From: a virus | Taxonomy: Duplodnaviria; Caudoviricetes | Strand: one strand, 5' to 3' | DNA: 64,000 nucleotides | IMG/VR virus record: IMGVR_UViG_3300037067_007581 | Span: 1 to 64,000 of that record | Shown here: positions 17,285-26,461 of the stretch, piece after piece | Layout: every line of letters starts with the position of its first letter | Numbering within the stretch: the stretch's first letter is position 1 | Translations under genes and position numbers: made by a program | The notes under the pieces: generated by a model | The model's database searches: none | What the model saw: only the letters and a program-made list of their open reading frames with translations | Told to the model about the DNA's origin: nothing

Positions 17285-17860
17285 ATGCTAAAAGTAGGAA
17301 CAATTAAAAAAATTATAATGCCTGAAGGAGTTTGGGCGGGTACTGCTTGTATCTTAGCCGATTTCACTGATGAAAGCGGTTTAGAAAAGGACTCGAATAC
17401 TATTATTGAAGAAATTTTAAAATTAGGCTTACGAAGTGTTTTGGTTAAAGGCATAGTTCGAGAAAGTCCAGAACTAAAAGACATCTTAATTGGGTTATCT
17501 ACTAAAGGTAAGGTTATTACCTTAGTAACAGAAGCTACGGACTTAGTAGAATTAATTAGGCCTTTAAAATATACTAGGGTATTTATGCGGTTACCTATTC
17601 TGGGTATAGAAGAAGCTAAGATTGAGTTGCGTAATTTGCCTCTAATGAAAGATGACGATGAAGTTAAAATTATTATCAAAAGTAAAGAAGATTACGCAGG
17701 TGCTAAAACATTTTTAAAAAATAGGTTAATGACACGCCCAACAATTTTATTTTATTTATCTAGCGATTTAGAAAATCCAGAAGAAATTATTAACCAGTAT
17801 TTAGAGGATTGTGGCAAGTTTATCTTTAAGAGCCGTATAATTAATGCTTATACTAAATAA
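17285..17860 (+). CDS. Second degenerate QueE-like paralogue
   Basis: MLKVGTIKKIIMPEGVWAGT resembles the QueE N-terminus; IIEEILKLG and DEVKIIIKSKEDYAGAK resemble the QueE core; the Cys loop is absent. Confidence 0.55.
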   Translation: MLKVGTIKKIIMPEGVWAGTACILADFTDESGLEKDSNTIIEEILKLGLRSVLVKGIVRESPELKDILIGLSTKGKVITLVTEATDLVELIRPLKYTRVFMRLPILGIEEAKIELRNLPLMKDDDEVKIIIKSKEDYAGAKTFLKNRLMTRPTILFYLSSDLENPEEIINQYLEDCGKFIFKSRIINAYTK

Positions 17861-17870
17861 ATATCCTATT

Positions 17871-18287
17871 ATGAAAGCTAAAAATATCAGTTGGAATAAG
17901 CTAGTTAGAGACATGAACTCTTTATCCGACTTAATTCCAAAGAATAAATTTAAAGCTATTTTGTGTATAACTAAAGGGGGTTTAATTCCTGCTTATTACT
18001 TAGGCAAGAATTTAGGCATTTCAGTTATTGAGACAATGGGTTTAAAATCCTATCACGGCACTAAGAGAGGAAATATTGAGCTGAAGAAACTGCCTGTTAT
18101 TAAAGATTCTTCAACCTTATTAATTGTTGACGACCTAGTGGATAGTGGAGCTACACTTCAATATGTTAAAAAGTATTTTAAGAAAGCCAAGACGGCGGTA
18201 ATTTATAAAAAACCCACCAGTACTTTTGAGCCTACTTATTGGTTATCAGAACAAAAAGGCTGGGTTAATTTTCCTTATGAAATCTAA
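17871..18287 (+). CDS. Purine phosphoribosyltransferase (Gpt-like, type I PRT)
   Basis: ILCITKGGLIPA, LLIVDDLVDSGATL (PRPP-binding) and WVNFPYE. Confidence 0.88.
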   Translation: MKAKNISWNKLVRDMNSLSDLIPKNKFKAILCITKGGLIPAYYLGKNLGISVIETMGLKSYHGTKRGNIELKKLPVIKDSSTLLIVDDLVDSGATLQYVKKYFKKAKTAVIYKKPTSTFEPTYWLSEQKGWVNFPYEI

Positions 18288-18831
18288 TAGAGAAGAACTA
18301 ATTAAACAGTTATTAGACACTATTCCTAATGAAGACTCTAGCAGAGAGGGTCTGCTTAAAACTCCAGAAAGAGTATCCAGAATGTATGATGAAATATTTT
18401 CTGGATATGAAGCTAGAGAAGAAGAATTATTTAAATCCGTATTTTTTTCTGATAATGAGGAAATGGTGGTGGTTCGAGATATAGACTATTATTCTCAATG
18501 TGAACATCATATGGTTCCATTCTTTGGTAAGGTTCATATTGGTTATATTCCAGAGGGTAAAGTTTTAGGGCTTAGTAAGTTTGCCAGATTAGTTGAGGTT
18601 TATGCCAGAAGGCTTCAAATACAAGAACAAATGACTTTTCAGATAGCTTCTGCTATTGAAAAGCACCTTAATCCGAAAGGTTTAATTGTAGTGGTTACCG
18701 GAACCCATTTATGTATGTGTATGCGAGGAGTAAAGAAGGCTAATGCCGTTACTATTACATCAGCTGTTCGAGGGTGCTTTAAGAATGATTTAGGTGTTAA
18801 AGAAGAATTTTTGAAATTAATTAAAATATAA
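18277..18831 (+). CDS. folE: GTP cyclohydrolase I
   Basis: TPERVSRMY, CEHHMVPFFG, GLSKFARLV, QIQEQMT and HLCMCMRGV. Confidence 0.95.
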   Translation: MKSNREELIKQLLDTIPNEDSSREGLLKTPERVSRMYDEIFSGYEAREEELFKSVFFSDNEEMVVVRDIDYYSQCEHHMVPFFGKVHIGYIPEGKVLGLSKFARLVEVYARRLQIQEQMTFQIASAIEKHLNPKGLIVVVTGTHLCMCMRGVKKANAVTITSAVRGCFKNDLGVKEEFLKLIKI

Positions 18832-18833
18832 TT

Positions 18834-20252
18834 ATGTGTTCTATTAATGGTGTTATTAAATTAAAAGGGACTTTAAACCAGGGAGAATGGTTAAAGTTTT
18901 CGGAAATCTGCAAAAAAGGTTCTTTTCGAGGTAGGGATAGTTTTGGCGTAGAGGCTTTCTATGACAGGGGGTTTAGTGCTTTTTCAGAAAGAAGGATAGG
19001 CAATAATAGGGTAATGTCTGTAATGAATTTAGAAAAATTTAAGGAAGGTATTAAAGTTGCTATCAGTAATAATCGAGCAGAGCCTACTACGGAATATGTT
19101 TTAAATAAAAAGGAAAGCGATGTTCAGCCGTATAGTTTTTCTGGTTACCATAAATATTGTAATAGGTATTGGGTAGTTCATAATGGTACTATTGCTAATG
19201 ATAAACAGTTAATTAAAAAATATAATTTCTCTACCCCCAGTAAAATAGATTCTGCTGTAATAGCTCCTTTATTGGATAAGAAGTGGACAAGTAAGGGTAG
19301 TTTAAGGCAGTTAGCTAATATTTTAAGCAGAGAAGTTTTAGGTTCCTATGCTTTTGCTATTTATGATAGATTTACTCCAGAGGCGTTATATTTAGCGGTA
19401 AATTATAAACCATTATTTTTAGAAAAAGTTGGAGATACTATTTATTTCACTAGTCTAAAAGAATTTTTTGGTAAAGAAAGTAATCAGCTATTAGCTAGTA
19501 ATATAGTTCAGATACCACCATATTCTGCAGTAAAGATTAGTGATTCAGGTATTGAAGTTATTAATCTTAGGAAACCTAAAAAAAAGAAAACTGCTTTAGT
19601 GGTGTGTTCGGGGGGTTTAGACAGTACAGTATCCGCGCAAGTAATGAAAAACAAAGGATATAAAGTAACCCTATTACATTTTCAGTATAATTGCCGAGCG
19701 GAATCTAGAGAAGTTCAGGCGGTAAAAGAAATTGCTGAGGCAATGAAAGTGCCTTATTGGTTTATAACTACTGATATTTTCAGCAAAGTAATTAAGCATA
19801 GTCCTATTTTAGATAAAAAGAAACCTGCTGTAGCTAAGATGGATAAGGGAGTAGAATTAGCATATGAGTGGGTTCCTGCTAGGAATTTAATTATGCTTTC
19901 AATAGCTACTGGAATAGCGGAAGCGTACGGGTTTGATAAAATAGTTCTAGGTAATAATTTAGAGGAATCTGGTGCTTATCCAGACAACGAGGCTATTTTT
20001 ATAGAAAAATTTGCTGAGATATTGCCTTATGCTGTGAATCTGAATAAAGAAATTCAGATTGAAATGCCTGTGGGTAACTTAATGAAACATGAAATTATTA
20101 AATTAGGTATCCGAGAAAAAGCACCTTTAGATAAAACCTGGAGTTGCTATGATAACGGAATTTTACATTGTGGAGTATGTGGCCCTTGTCGTATGCGTAA
20201 GGTGGGTTTTCAGATGAATAATATTAAAGACAGTATTAATTATTTAAAATAA
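18834..20252 (+). CDS. queC: Glutamine amidotransferase-QueC fusion (Gat-QueC)
   Basis: Ntn class II GATase (MCSING, NNRAEP, VHNGTI, DS) fused to QueC (VCSGGLDST, VPARN, YPD, SCY...CGVCGPC). Confidence 0.92.
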   Translation: MCSINGVIKLKGTLNQGEWLKFSEICKKGSFRGRDSFGVEAFYDRGFSAFSERRIGNNRVMSVMNLEKFKEGIKVAISNNRAEPTTEYVLNKKESDVQPYSFSGYHKYCNRYWVVHNGTIANDKQLIKKYNFSTPSKIDSAVIAPLLDKKWTSKGSLRQLANILSREVLGSYAFAIYDRFTPEALYLAVNYKPLFLEKVGDTIYFTSLKEFFGKESNQLLASNIVQIPPYSAVKISDSGIEVINLRKPKKKKTALVVCSGGLDSTVSAQVMKNKGYKVTLLHFQYNCRAESREVQAVKEIAEAMKVPYWFITTDIFSKVIKHSPILDKKKPAVAKMDKGVELAYEWVPARNLIMLSIATGIAEAYGFDKIVLGNNLEESGAYPDNEAIFIEKFAEILPYAVNLNKEIQIEMPVGNLMKHEIIKLGIREKAPLDKTWSCYDNGILHCGVCGPCRMRKVGFQMNNIKDSINYLK

Positions 20253-20255
20253 AGT

Positions 20256-21071
20256 ATGCCCTCAAAGAAAATAGCTATTATTGGTATTGGAGGAGTTGGT
20301 AAAGAGCATATTCGAGCGGCTAGGAATTTAGGTTTAGAAATTATTGGCGTTGATAATAACTTAGAAGTACTACGGGAATATGAAAATGTATTTTTCCCAA
20401 CTAAAACAATAGTTAATAAATGGGGCAAAGTTGAGGAGAAGTTTGAAATAGAACCTTTTAAATTATACACTGATTTATTTTTTGTTCCAGAATATGATTA
20501 TGCGGTTATAGCCACCCCAACTTTTACACACCAGGTTATATTAGATTCAATTTTTAATGATAAACCGGTACTGATTGAAAAGCCTATGAATATAGATTGG
20601 AATTTACTTTCTTGTAATATTCCTAGTCGTGTCTTTGGCGGTTATACTTATGCCTGTTTAGACTTAAAGAAAAAACCCGTTAAAGAGCATACTTTTGTTT
20701 TAACAGTAGATGACCATTATAATAGCCAGACTTGGAGAGCCGATAGCACACCTGCTGAAGACTTAATACCACATTTACTGGCTTTAGGGGCAGTCTATTT
20801 TAAGCAAGATTCTATTAAATTACTATCTATACAGAAGTTTAAAAATAGCGCTATGCTTGAGGTGCTGTATGGGGAAACAGATAAAGCTATCTTAATAGGT
20901 ATTTATGGCAAAGACGGCCATAACCTAACAATAAACGGTAAAGGAATACCAATAAACTATGAGGAGTTATTTACTAAACAATTAAAGAAGTTTATTTCAG
21001 GAGAGAAGCAGACTTATTTACAAAATATAGAAAATTTTTATGCTACACATCTTAAAAGCACCAGAGTATAG
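20256..21071 (+). CDS. Gfo/Idh/MocA family NAD(P)-dependent oxidoreductase
   Basis: IAIIGIGGVGKEH, AVIATPTFTH and VLIEKP. Confidence 0.8.
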   Translation: MPSKKIAIIGIGGVGKEHIRAARNLGLEIIGVDNNLEVLREYENVFFPTKTIVNKWGKVEEKFEIEPFKLYTDLFFVPEYDYAVIATPTFTHQVILDSIFNDKPVLIEKPMNIDWNLLSCNIPSRVFGGYTYACLDLKKKPVKEHTFVLTVDDHYNSQTWRADSTPAEDLIPHLLALGAVYFKQDSIKLLSIQKFKNSAMLEVLYGETDKAILIGIYGKDGHNLTINGKGIPINYEELFTKQLKKFISGEKQTYLQNIENFYATHLKSTRV

Positions 21072-22041
21072 GGGAAGACCAGAACCCTTAATTAATCAAG
21101 CTATAATTAAAACGGCTATTGATAGGGGGATAGATTTTCTAACCTATGACATTACGAGACCCAATTCAGAAGTTGAGACTGTGGGTTCTTGTTATAATAA
21201 TGATAAAACTGTTAGAGGTCAGATAATCCAATTCCAAAACTTTATATTTAATTTTGAAGAAGGAGATGATGTACTATGCTTAGAAGGTTTTAATCCTGCA
21301 TTATTATTCCTACCTTTAATGGCTAAAAAGACCGGGAAAGTTGGTGTTCTTTATCATTCCTCAACTGCTATTTCCGCAGACGCATATTCAAATAATTATC
21401 CTGTTTCTGAAATGGAAAAAGGCATATCAAATTTATCAGATGTTATCTTTTGTGCAACACAATATATTTCCGATAAAATCAAAAATTGTGAACCTAGTGC
21501 TAAAACTTTGGTAACAGGTTTGCCTTTTGACACTTTAAATGAAGTTTTTGTTTTAGCTAGAAAGAAAGAGAAGAAAGATGTTGTTATATTTAATCATCGA
21601 TGGGCTAATGATAAAAGACCAGAAATGTTTTTAGAGTTAGCTAAAAGGTTCCCAAAATACCAGTTTATAGTTTTAACTCCTTATGAGAATGTAATTTCTC
21701 AGGTTATTAAAGATAGGAAATCTAATAATGTAATAGGGAAACTATGTCGGACAAGAATAGACTATTTTAAAGAGCTGTCAGAAGCAAAATATATATTCTC
21801 AGCAGCAGAATTAGAAACTTTTGGTTATTCTGTATTAGAAGGAGTAGCTTGTGGGGCAATTCCGATTCTAACTAATACCGCTTGTTATAATGAGTTATAT
21901 CCTTTACAGTATTTGGGGGATACGGTTAATGACCTTGCTAGAATAATGAATGAAATTAAAGTATTCGACAGCTTTATATTGAAAAATTTAGAAAAATATC
22001 GTTATTCATCAGAGAGAATCTTAGACTTCTTTAATAAATAA
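21040..22041 (+). CDS. GT-B (GT4-like) glycosyltransferase
   Basis: VIFNHRW..DKRPE and ELETFGYSVLEGVACGAIPI (E-x7-E). Confidence 0.8.
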   Translation: MLHILKAPEYRGRPEPLINQAIIKTAIDRGIDFLTYDITRPNSEVETVGSCYNNDKTVRGQIIQFQNFIFNFEEGDDVLCLEGFNPALLFLPLMAKKTGKVGVLYHSSTAISADAYSNNYPVSEMEKGISNLSDVIFCATQYISDKIKNCEPSAKTLVTGLPFDTLNEVFVLARKKEKKDVVIFNHRWANDKRPEMFLELAKRFPKYQFIVLTPYENVISQVIKDRKSNNVIGKLCRTRIDYFKELSEAKYIFSAAELETFGYSVLEGVACGAIPILTNTACYNELYPLQYLGDTVNDLARIMNEIKVFDSFILKNLEKYRYSSERILDFFNK

Positions 22042-22046
22042 GTTTT

Positions 22047-22949
22047 ATGAAATTATTTTTAGTGGTAAGTCCAATTAAGAAGTATATGACTACAATACGA
22101 AATAGCGATGTTAAGAATATCTTAATTTCATATTTTTATTGGAAAGATGTTAAACCCCCTGAATTATTAGACTTTTTTAAGGAAATGCAGTCTAAGGGGG
22201 TTACTATTTTCCTAGATTCAGGAGCATTTACTTTTATTAATCAGCAAAGGAAGAATAAGCAGTTAGTAGCTAAAGATAAACTGACAGAATATTTTTTTCA
22301 GTTTACTAATGACTATATAGGTTTTATTAAGCAGTATTATAATTATATTGCTGGTTACGCTGAAATGGATGTAGACACAGTAATTGGGTTTCAGAAAGTT
22401 TTAGCGTTAAGGAATTTATTTCCTCAAGAAATATTACCAAAATTAATCCCAGTATATCATCCTGAAACTAGAACAATGGAGGATTGGAAACATGACTGTA
22501 ATAACTACCCTTTTGTTGCTTTAGGTTCTAAGACAGGTAGTACAGAAATGAGCTATTATAAAACTATGACTAAATATCCATATCAGAATGGAAATAAAGT
22601 TCATGGATTTGCTTTAGTAAACCAGACTATATTAAAAAAGTATCCTTTTTATTCAGCAGACAGTTCTTCTTGGATGTCTTGCAGTAGATATGGGCAATTA
22701 ATGGTATTTGATAAAGCTTTAGGCAGATTAGTTCAATTTCATTACCGGAATAGAGAAAAAATATTAAAATATTTGCCCACTATAATGAAATATGTTCCTA
22801 ATTTTAAAGAGATGTACGAAAGAGAGGGTGTTCAAGGTAGGATAAGTAGAATAGAACGATTAAAAGTAACTGCTTCTTCTTATAAGGAATTAGAGGAATA
22901 TTTGACTAGAGTATGGGAACGTAAAGGCATTACTTGGTCAGAGGATTAA
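22047..22949 (+). CDS. dpdA: DpdA-like 7-deazaguanine DNA transglycosylase (TGT fold)
   Basis: IFLDSGAFT, YAEMDV, LIPVYH, VALGS, KVHGFA and YSADSSSW; located within the queC/folE locus. Confidence 0.8.
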   Translation: MKLFLVVSPIKKYMTTIRNSDVKNILISYFYWKDVKPPELLDFFKEMQSKGVTIFLDSGAFTFINQQRKNKQLVAKDKLTEYFFQFTNDYIGFIKQYYNYIAGYAEMDVDTVIGFQKVLALRNLFPQEILPKLIPVYHPETRTMEDWKHDCNNYPFVALGSKTGSTEMSYYKTMTKYPYQNGNKVHGFALVNQTILKKYPFYSADSSSWMSCSRYGQLMVFDKALGRLVQFHYRNREKILKYLPTIMKYVPNFKEMYEREGVQGRISRIERLKVTASSYKELEEYLTRVWERKGITWSED

Positions 22950-22965
22950 CTATTAATTATATACT

Positions 22966-23130
22966 ATGCCTAAAAAATTAAATCATCGAGAAAAATTACG
23001 TTTAGCCAGAAGGTTACGAAGAACTGATGAAATAGAAAGGGGTATTCCACCTTTTGATTGTAGTGGTTGGAGTCATAGAAGGAATGAAATTTCAAAACGT
23101 GTTTCTAAAAAATTAAAACATAAGAAATAA
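22966..23130 (+). CDS. Small basic protein (not in ORF track)
   Basis: MPKKLNHREKLRLARRLRRTDEIERGIPPFDCSGWSHRRNEISKRVSKKLKHKK. Confidence 0.55.
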   Translation: MPKKLNHREKLRLARRLRRTDEIERGIPPFDCSGWSHRRNEISKRVSKKLKHKK

Positions 23131-23133
23131 CCT

Positions 23134-23838
23134 ATGGAAATAAAAAATATTTCACTCGAACAAATTAAGCCTAATAAATATAATCCGAATATAGTACCAG
23201 ATAAAATAATGGGGCAACTAAAGAAGTCTATTCAGAGAGATGGTTTTTTACAGCCTTTAATAGTCCGAGAAAGTCCAACAGAACCAGGTTTTTATGAGAT
23301 TATTGATGGAGAACATCGCTGGAAAGTCCTTTCAGATTTACCCGATTATAAAGAAGCTCCTTGTTTAGTAATTAATAAAGACGACAACTTATCTAAGATT
23401 CAGACTATTAATTTAAATAAACTACGCGGAGAATTTGATAGTATTAAATTAGCAGAGGTATTAGTTAGCTTGAAGAAGATTTATTCTGACGAGGAGTTAG
23501 AGGAAATGCTTGGTTATACTAAAGAAGAAATCCAGGGTTATGAAGAATTATTGACTTTTGACTTTGATAGCTTTAAAAAGGAAGATGAAGTTGATGTTAG
23601 TGAAGCTATTAAAGACCCAGAAATGTCGGAAGAGATGAACTTAATGCTAAATGATAAGCAATTAATCATTATTACCGCAACACTAGAATTAAAAGATATT
23701 AATAGTCGGGAAGAATCTCTTTCAGATATTTGTAAGGAATATTTACAAAAATTATACCCTGAAAAATGGGCAGATGTAGAGAGAAGACTACAAGGTTTGG
23801 AAACTCCTTTAAAAACTACAGAGACGGAAGTACTTTAA
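23134..23838 (+). CDS. ParB/Srx N-terminal domain protein
   Basis: IKPNKYNPN, SIQRDGFLQPLIV and YEIIDGEHRW. Confidence 0.85.
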   Translation: MEIKNISLEQIKPNKYNPNIVPDKIMGQLKKSIQRDGFLQPLIVRESPTEPGFYEIIDGEHRWKVLSDLPDYKEAPCLVINKDDNLSKIQTINLNKLRGEFDSIKLAEVLVSLKKIYSDEELEEMLGYTKEEIQGYEELLTFDFDSFKKEDEVDVSEAIKDPEMSEEMNLMLNDKQLIIITATLELKDINSREESLSDICKEYLQKLYPEKWADVERRLQGLETPLKTTETEVL

Positions 23839-23841
23839 AGG

Positions 23842-23886
23842 TTATCCCCCCAAAAACTTGACAAAGTTAAAAAACTATCTTATAAT
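23842..23886 (+). promoter_or_regulatory. Sigma70-type promoter with degenerate DnaA-box-like site
   Basis: TTATCCCCC 23842-23850, TTGACA 23858-23863, 17-nt spacer, TATAAT 23881-23886. Confidence 0.85.
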
Positions 23887-23892
23887 ACTTGT

Positions 23893-24192
23893 ATGGAATT
23901 AAAAAAGTTTATAACACTAGAATCCTTAAACGAATTTTTAAAAACCGCCAAGAATGTAAAGAAGGTAAAACTTCTGACAGAGGGCGGAGAGGAGTTGAGA
24001 CATTTTAAATTAATAACTGTTTTTTATGTCTTATTTGACAATGAAGGGGAATACCAAAAGAATATAGAAGATATAGGTTTTGTTAAACCTAATAAAGGGA
24101 AGCCTTCTTATAAAGAAATAATTGACCAACCTATTAAGGACGATAAATATTTTCAAGAACCCGATGGTTCCAGTATAGGGTTACCATTTTAA
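23893..24192 (+). CDS. Hypothetical protein
   Basis: ORF track. Confidence 0.5.
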   Translation: MELKKFITLESLNEFLKTAKNVKKVKLLTEGGEELRHFKLITVFYVLFDNEGEYQKNIEDIGFVKPNKGKPSYKEIIDQPIKDDKYFQEPDGSSIGLPF

Positions 24193-24210
24193 TTATTAAA
24201 TAAAAACATT

Positions 24211-24429
24211 ATGGCGTTTAAAGAGTTCTTTCAAGGTCATAAAAAGCAATTTAAAAAAGACCAAGAAGAGTTGAAGGGTAAGGCAAAAGATTTTCAGAAA
24301 GAGTATGAAGCAATTTGTGATAAATATGGTTTAGAATTAGCAGTTGGTTTAGATTATCAAAAGCATGGTATTTTTCCTAAAATAGAATTGATTAAGAGGC
24401 AGGGCATTGAAAAACCTATTAACGTTTAA
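24211..24429 (+). CDS. Hypothetical protein
   Basis: ORF track. Confidence 0.5.
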   Translation: MAFKEFFQGHKKQFKKDQEELKGKAKDFQKEYEAICDKYGLELAVGLDYQKHGIFPKIELIKRQGIEKPINV

Positions 24430-24447
24430 TTATTAATATATAAAATT

Positions 24448-24723
24448 ATGGGAGATGAAGTTAAAACCAAATTGCCTTCTTCCGGAATTTCTATTGCCGG
24501 ATTATGCTTAGGCATTACTTCATTATTGCTGTTTTGGGTTCCAATAGTACACTTCATAGTAATGGTTTTAGGTGTAATATTTGGTTCAGTAGCAATAAGT
24601 AGAAAGCAAAGATTTGGCGTAGCTGGTCTAGCGACATCTTTGGGTAGTGAGGTACTAGCCATCGGTTACTTTTTAGTCATTATCTACATTTCAGCGGCTA
24701 CTGCTTATAATATGCCAGTATAG
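24448..24723 (+). CDS. Small membrane protein (DUF4190-like)
   Basis: SIAGLCLGITSLLLFWVP..GVIFGSVAI..GVAGL pattern with multiple TM helices. Confidence 0.55.
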   Translation: MGDEVKTKLPSSGISIAGLCLGITSLLLFWVPIVHFIVMVLGVIFGSVAISRKQRFGVAGLATSLGSEVLAIGYFLVIIYISAATAYNMPV

Positions 24724-24799
24724 AATTTTAAAAGGTAGTAAACGAGAGTAATTAATTTTACTTTTCGTTTACAGTATGTTTATTCCTAATTAAAATCTT

Positions 24800-25036
24800 A
24801 TGTCTCCAGATACATTAATCATAGCTACTATCAACGGCACTACTCCTATTGCTTTATATGGCAATATGAATGAAATGAATAATCTTTTTTCAGAGGCTAC
24901 GAAGGCTTTTTATGATAAACAGAAGAGAATAAAAGAATTGTTTACTAAGCGAGGGGAAGAATATTTAGAAGAAGCTGTTCAAAAAGTTGAGTTTAGCTTT
25001 CCTATCATTACTGAGTCTTTAAAAAATAAGCTTTAA
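24800..25036 (+). CDS. Hypothetical protein
   Basis: ORF track. Confidence 0.5.
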   Translation: MSPDTLIIATINGTTPIALYGNMNEMNNLFSEATKAFYDKQKRIKELFTKRGEEYLEEAVQKVEFSFPIITESLKNKL

Positions 25037-25040
25037 TATT

Positions 25041-25466
25041 ATGTTTAATATCTCAAAAGAAATAACTTTTGAAGCAGCACACCGACTGCCAAATCATCAA
25101 GGTCTTTGTAAAAATATACATGGGCATCATTATAGAGTTGAAATGGAAATACAAGGTGACAAGTTGGAGGAAGGACAAGGGTTCTTAATTGACTTTTCTG
25201 AAATAAGAAGAAAGACCGAACAATACTTTCATCGTTTTGACCACGCTTGTATATTGTGGCTTAAAGACCAAATAATAATTCAAGCATTAGACAAATTAGG
25301 AATGAAGATAGCTGAAATGCCTGAAATACCTACTGCCGAAAATATGGCGAAAATGTTTTTTAATGATTTATCAGAAATATTAAATACAAACGATATTAAT
25401 TTATCGGCTATAACTGTTTGGGAAACCCCAACAGGCAAGGCTACTTACTCAAACATAAACTTATGA
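25041..25466 (+). CDS. queD: 6-carboxy-5,6,7,8-tetrahydropterin synthase
   Basis: FEAAHRL, CKNIHGHHY, RFDHA, PTAENMA and VWETP. Confidence 0.93.
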   Translation: MFNISKEITFEAAHRLPNHQGLCKNIHGHHYRVEMEIQGDKLEEGQGFLIDFSEIRRKTEQYFHRFDHACILWLKDQIIIQALDKLGMKIAEMPEIPTAENMAKMFFNDLSEILNTNDINLSAITVWETPTGKATYSNINL

Positions 25467-26236
25467 CATTAGGAACCACAAGTTATACTAATGCTAATTT
25501 TTTAAGAGTTGCCAAAATGCCTGATGGAACTCCAGAGGTATATCAAGCAGTTCAGGGAGAAGGTATTTCAACGGGCAAGCCTATGGTAATTGTTCGTTTA
25601 GCTTTATGCACGTTAAAGTGTTCTTTTTGTGATTCCAAATATACACATCAGTTTGAGGGGGGGAATAGAAATTTTGAGGCCTACGTAGTTAAGATGTCTA
25701 TTCCAGAATTAGGAGACTTAATAGAAAAGACCAGGGGAAATCATAAAAATGTAATGCTGACGGGAGGAGAACCTTTATTTCAGCAGGTTACTTTGATTTT
25801 ATTAATGGACTACTTGAATAATACTTATGGTAAGGGTTGGAATTTTGAAATAGAAACTAATGGTACAATCGTTCCTGTAAAGCCCTTTTGGAAAAGAGTA
25901 GGTTTAATTACTTGTTCACCTAAACTCGCCTCTAGTGGCAATACAGAGGCAAATAGAGATATACCAGAGGCTATTACTGCTTTATTAAAGGTGAAAAAGC
26001 CAGTTTGGTTTAAATTTGTTATCTCTAACAGTTGGGCGCAAGATTTACAGGAGATAAAAGATTGGCAGGATAAATATCGTGTTCCAAATAATAGAATCTA
26101 CTTAATGCCAGAAGGTATTGAGCCAAAAGAAGTAATTACTAATGGGAAAATAGTAAATGAATTAGCTATCAGACATGGTTATTTAGCTTCAAGTCGTATT
26201 CAGGTTTTAATTTATGGAAATCGAAGAGCAATTTAA
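25463..26236 (+). CDS. queE: 7-carboxy-7-deazaguanine synthase (intact radical SAM)
   Basis: VQGEG, CTLKCSFCDS (CxxxCxxC), LTGGEP, IETNGT, CSPKL and YLMPEG; ATG overlaps the queD TGA. Confidence 0.93.
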   Translation: MTLGTTSYTNANFLRVAKMPDGTPEVYQAVQGEGISTGKPMVIVRLALCTLKCSFCDSKYTHQFEGGNRNFEAYVVKMSIPELGDLIEKTRGNHKNVMLTGGEPLFQQVTLILLMDYLNNTYGKGWNFEIETNGTIVPVKPFWKRVGLITCSPKLASSGNTEANRDIPEAITALLKVKKPVWFKFVISNSWAQDLQEIKDWQDKYRVPNNRIYLMPEGIEPKEVITNGKIVNELAIRHGYLASSRIQVLIYGNRRAI

Positions 26237-26250
26237 ACTTAAATTTTTTT

Positions 26251-26460
26251 ATGCTAGGTTATGTTGGATTAACATTATTGGTATCCTCTTATATTTTACT
26301 AGTAACGAAATACAGCAAATGGTTTATTCCAATTGATATTTTAGCTAGTGTATTATTGGCAGTTCATGCTTATTTAATTCAAGACCTGCCTTTTTTATTA
26401 GTTAATAGTTTAATTTCAGGTTTTTTACTTATAAAATTATTACAAAAGAAATATATTTAA
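26251..26460 (+). CDS. Small three-TM membrane protein
   Basis: Hydrophobic 69 aa with PFLLVN motif. Confidence 0.55.
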   Translation: MLGYVGLTLLVSSYILLVTKYSKWFIPIDILASVLLAVHAYLIQDLPFLLVNSLISGFLLIKLLQKKYI

Positions 26461-26461
26461 T

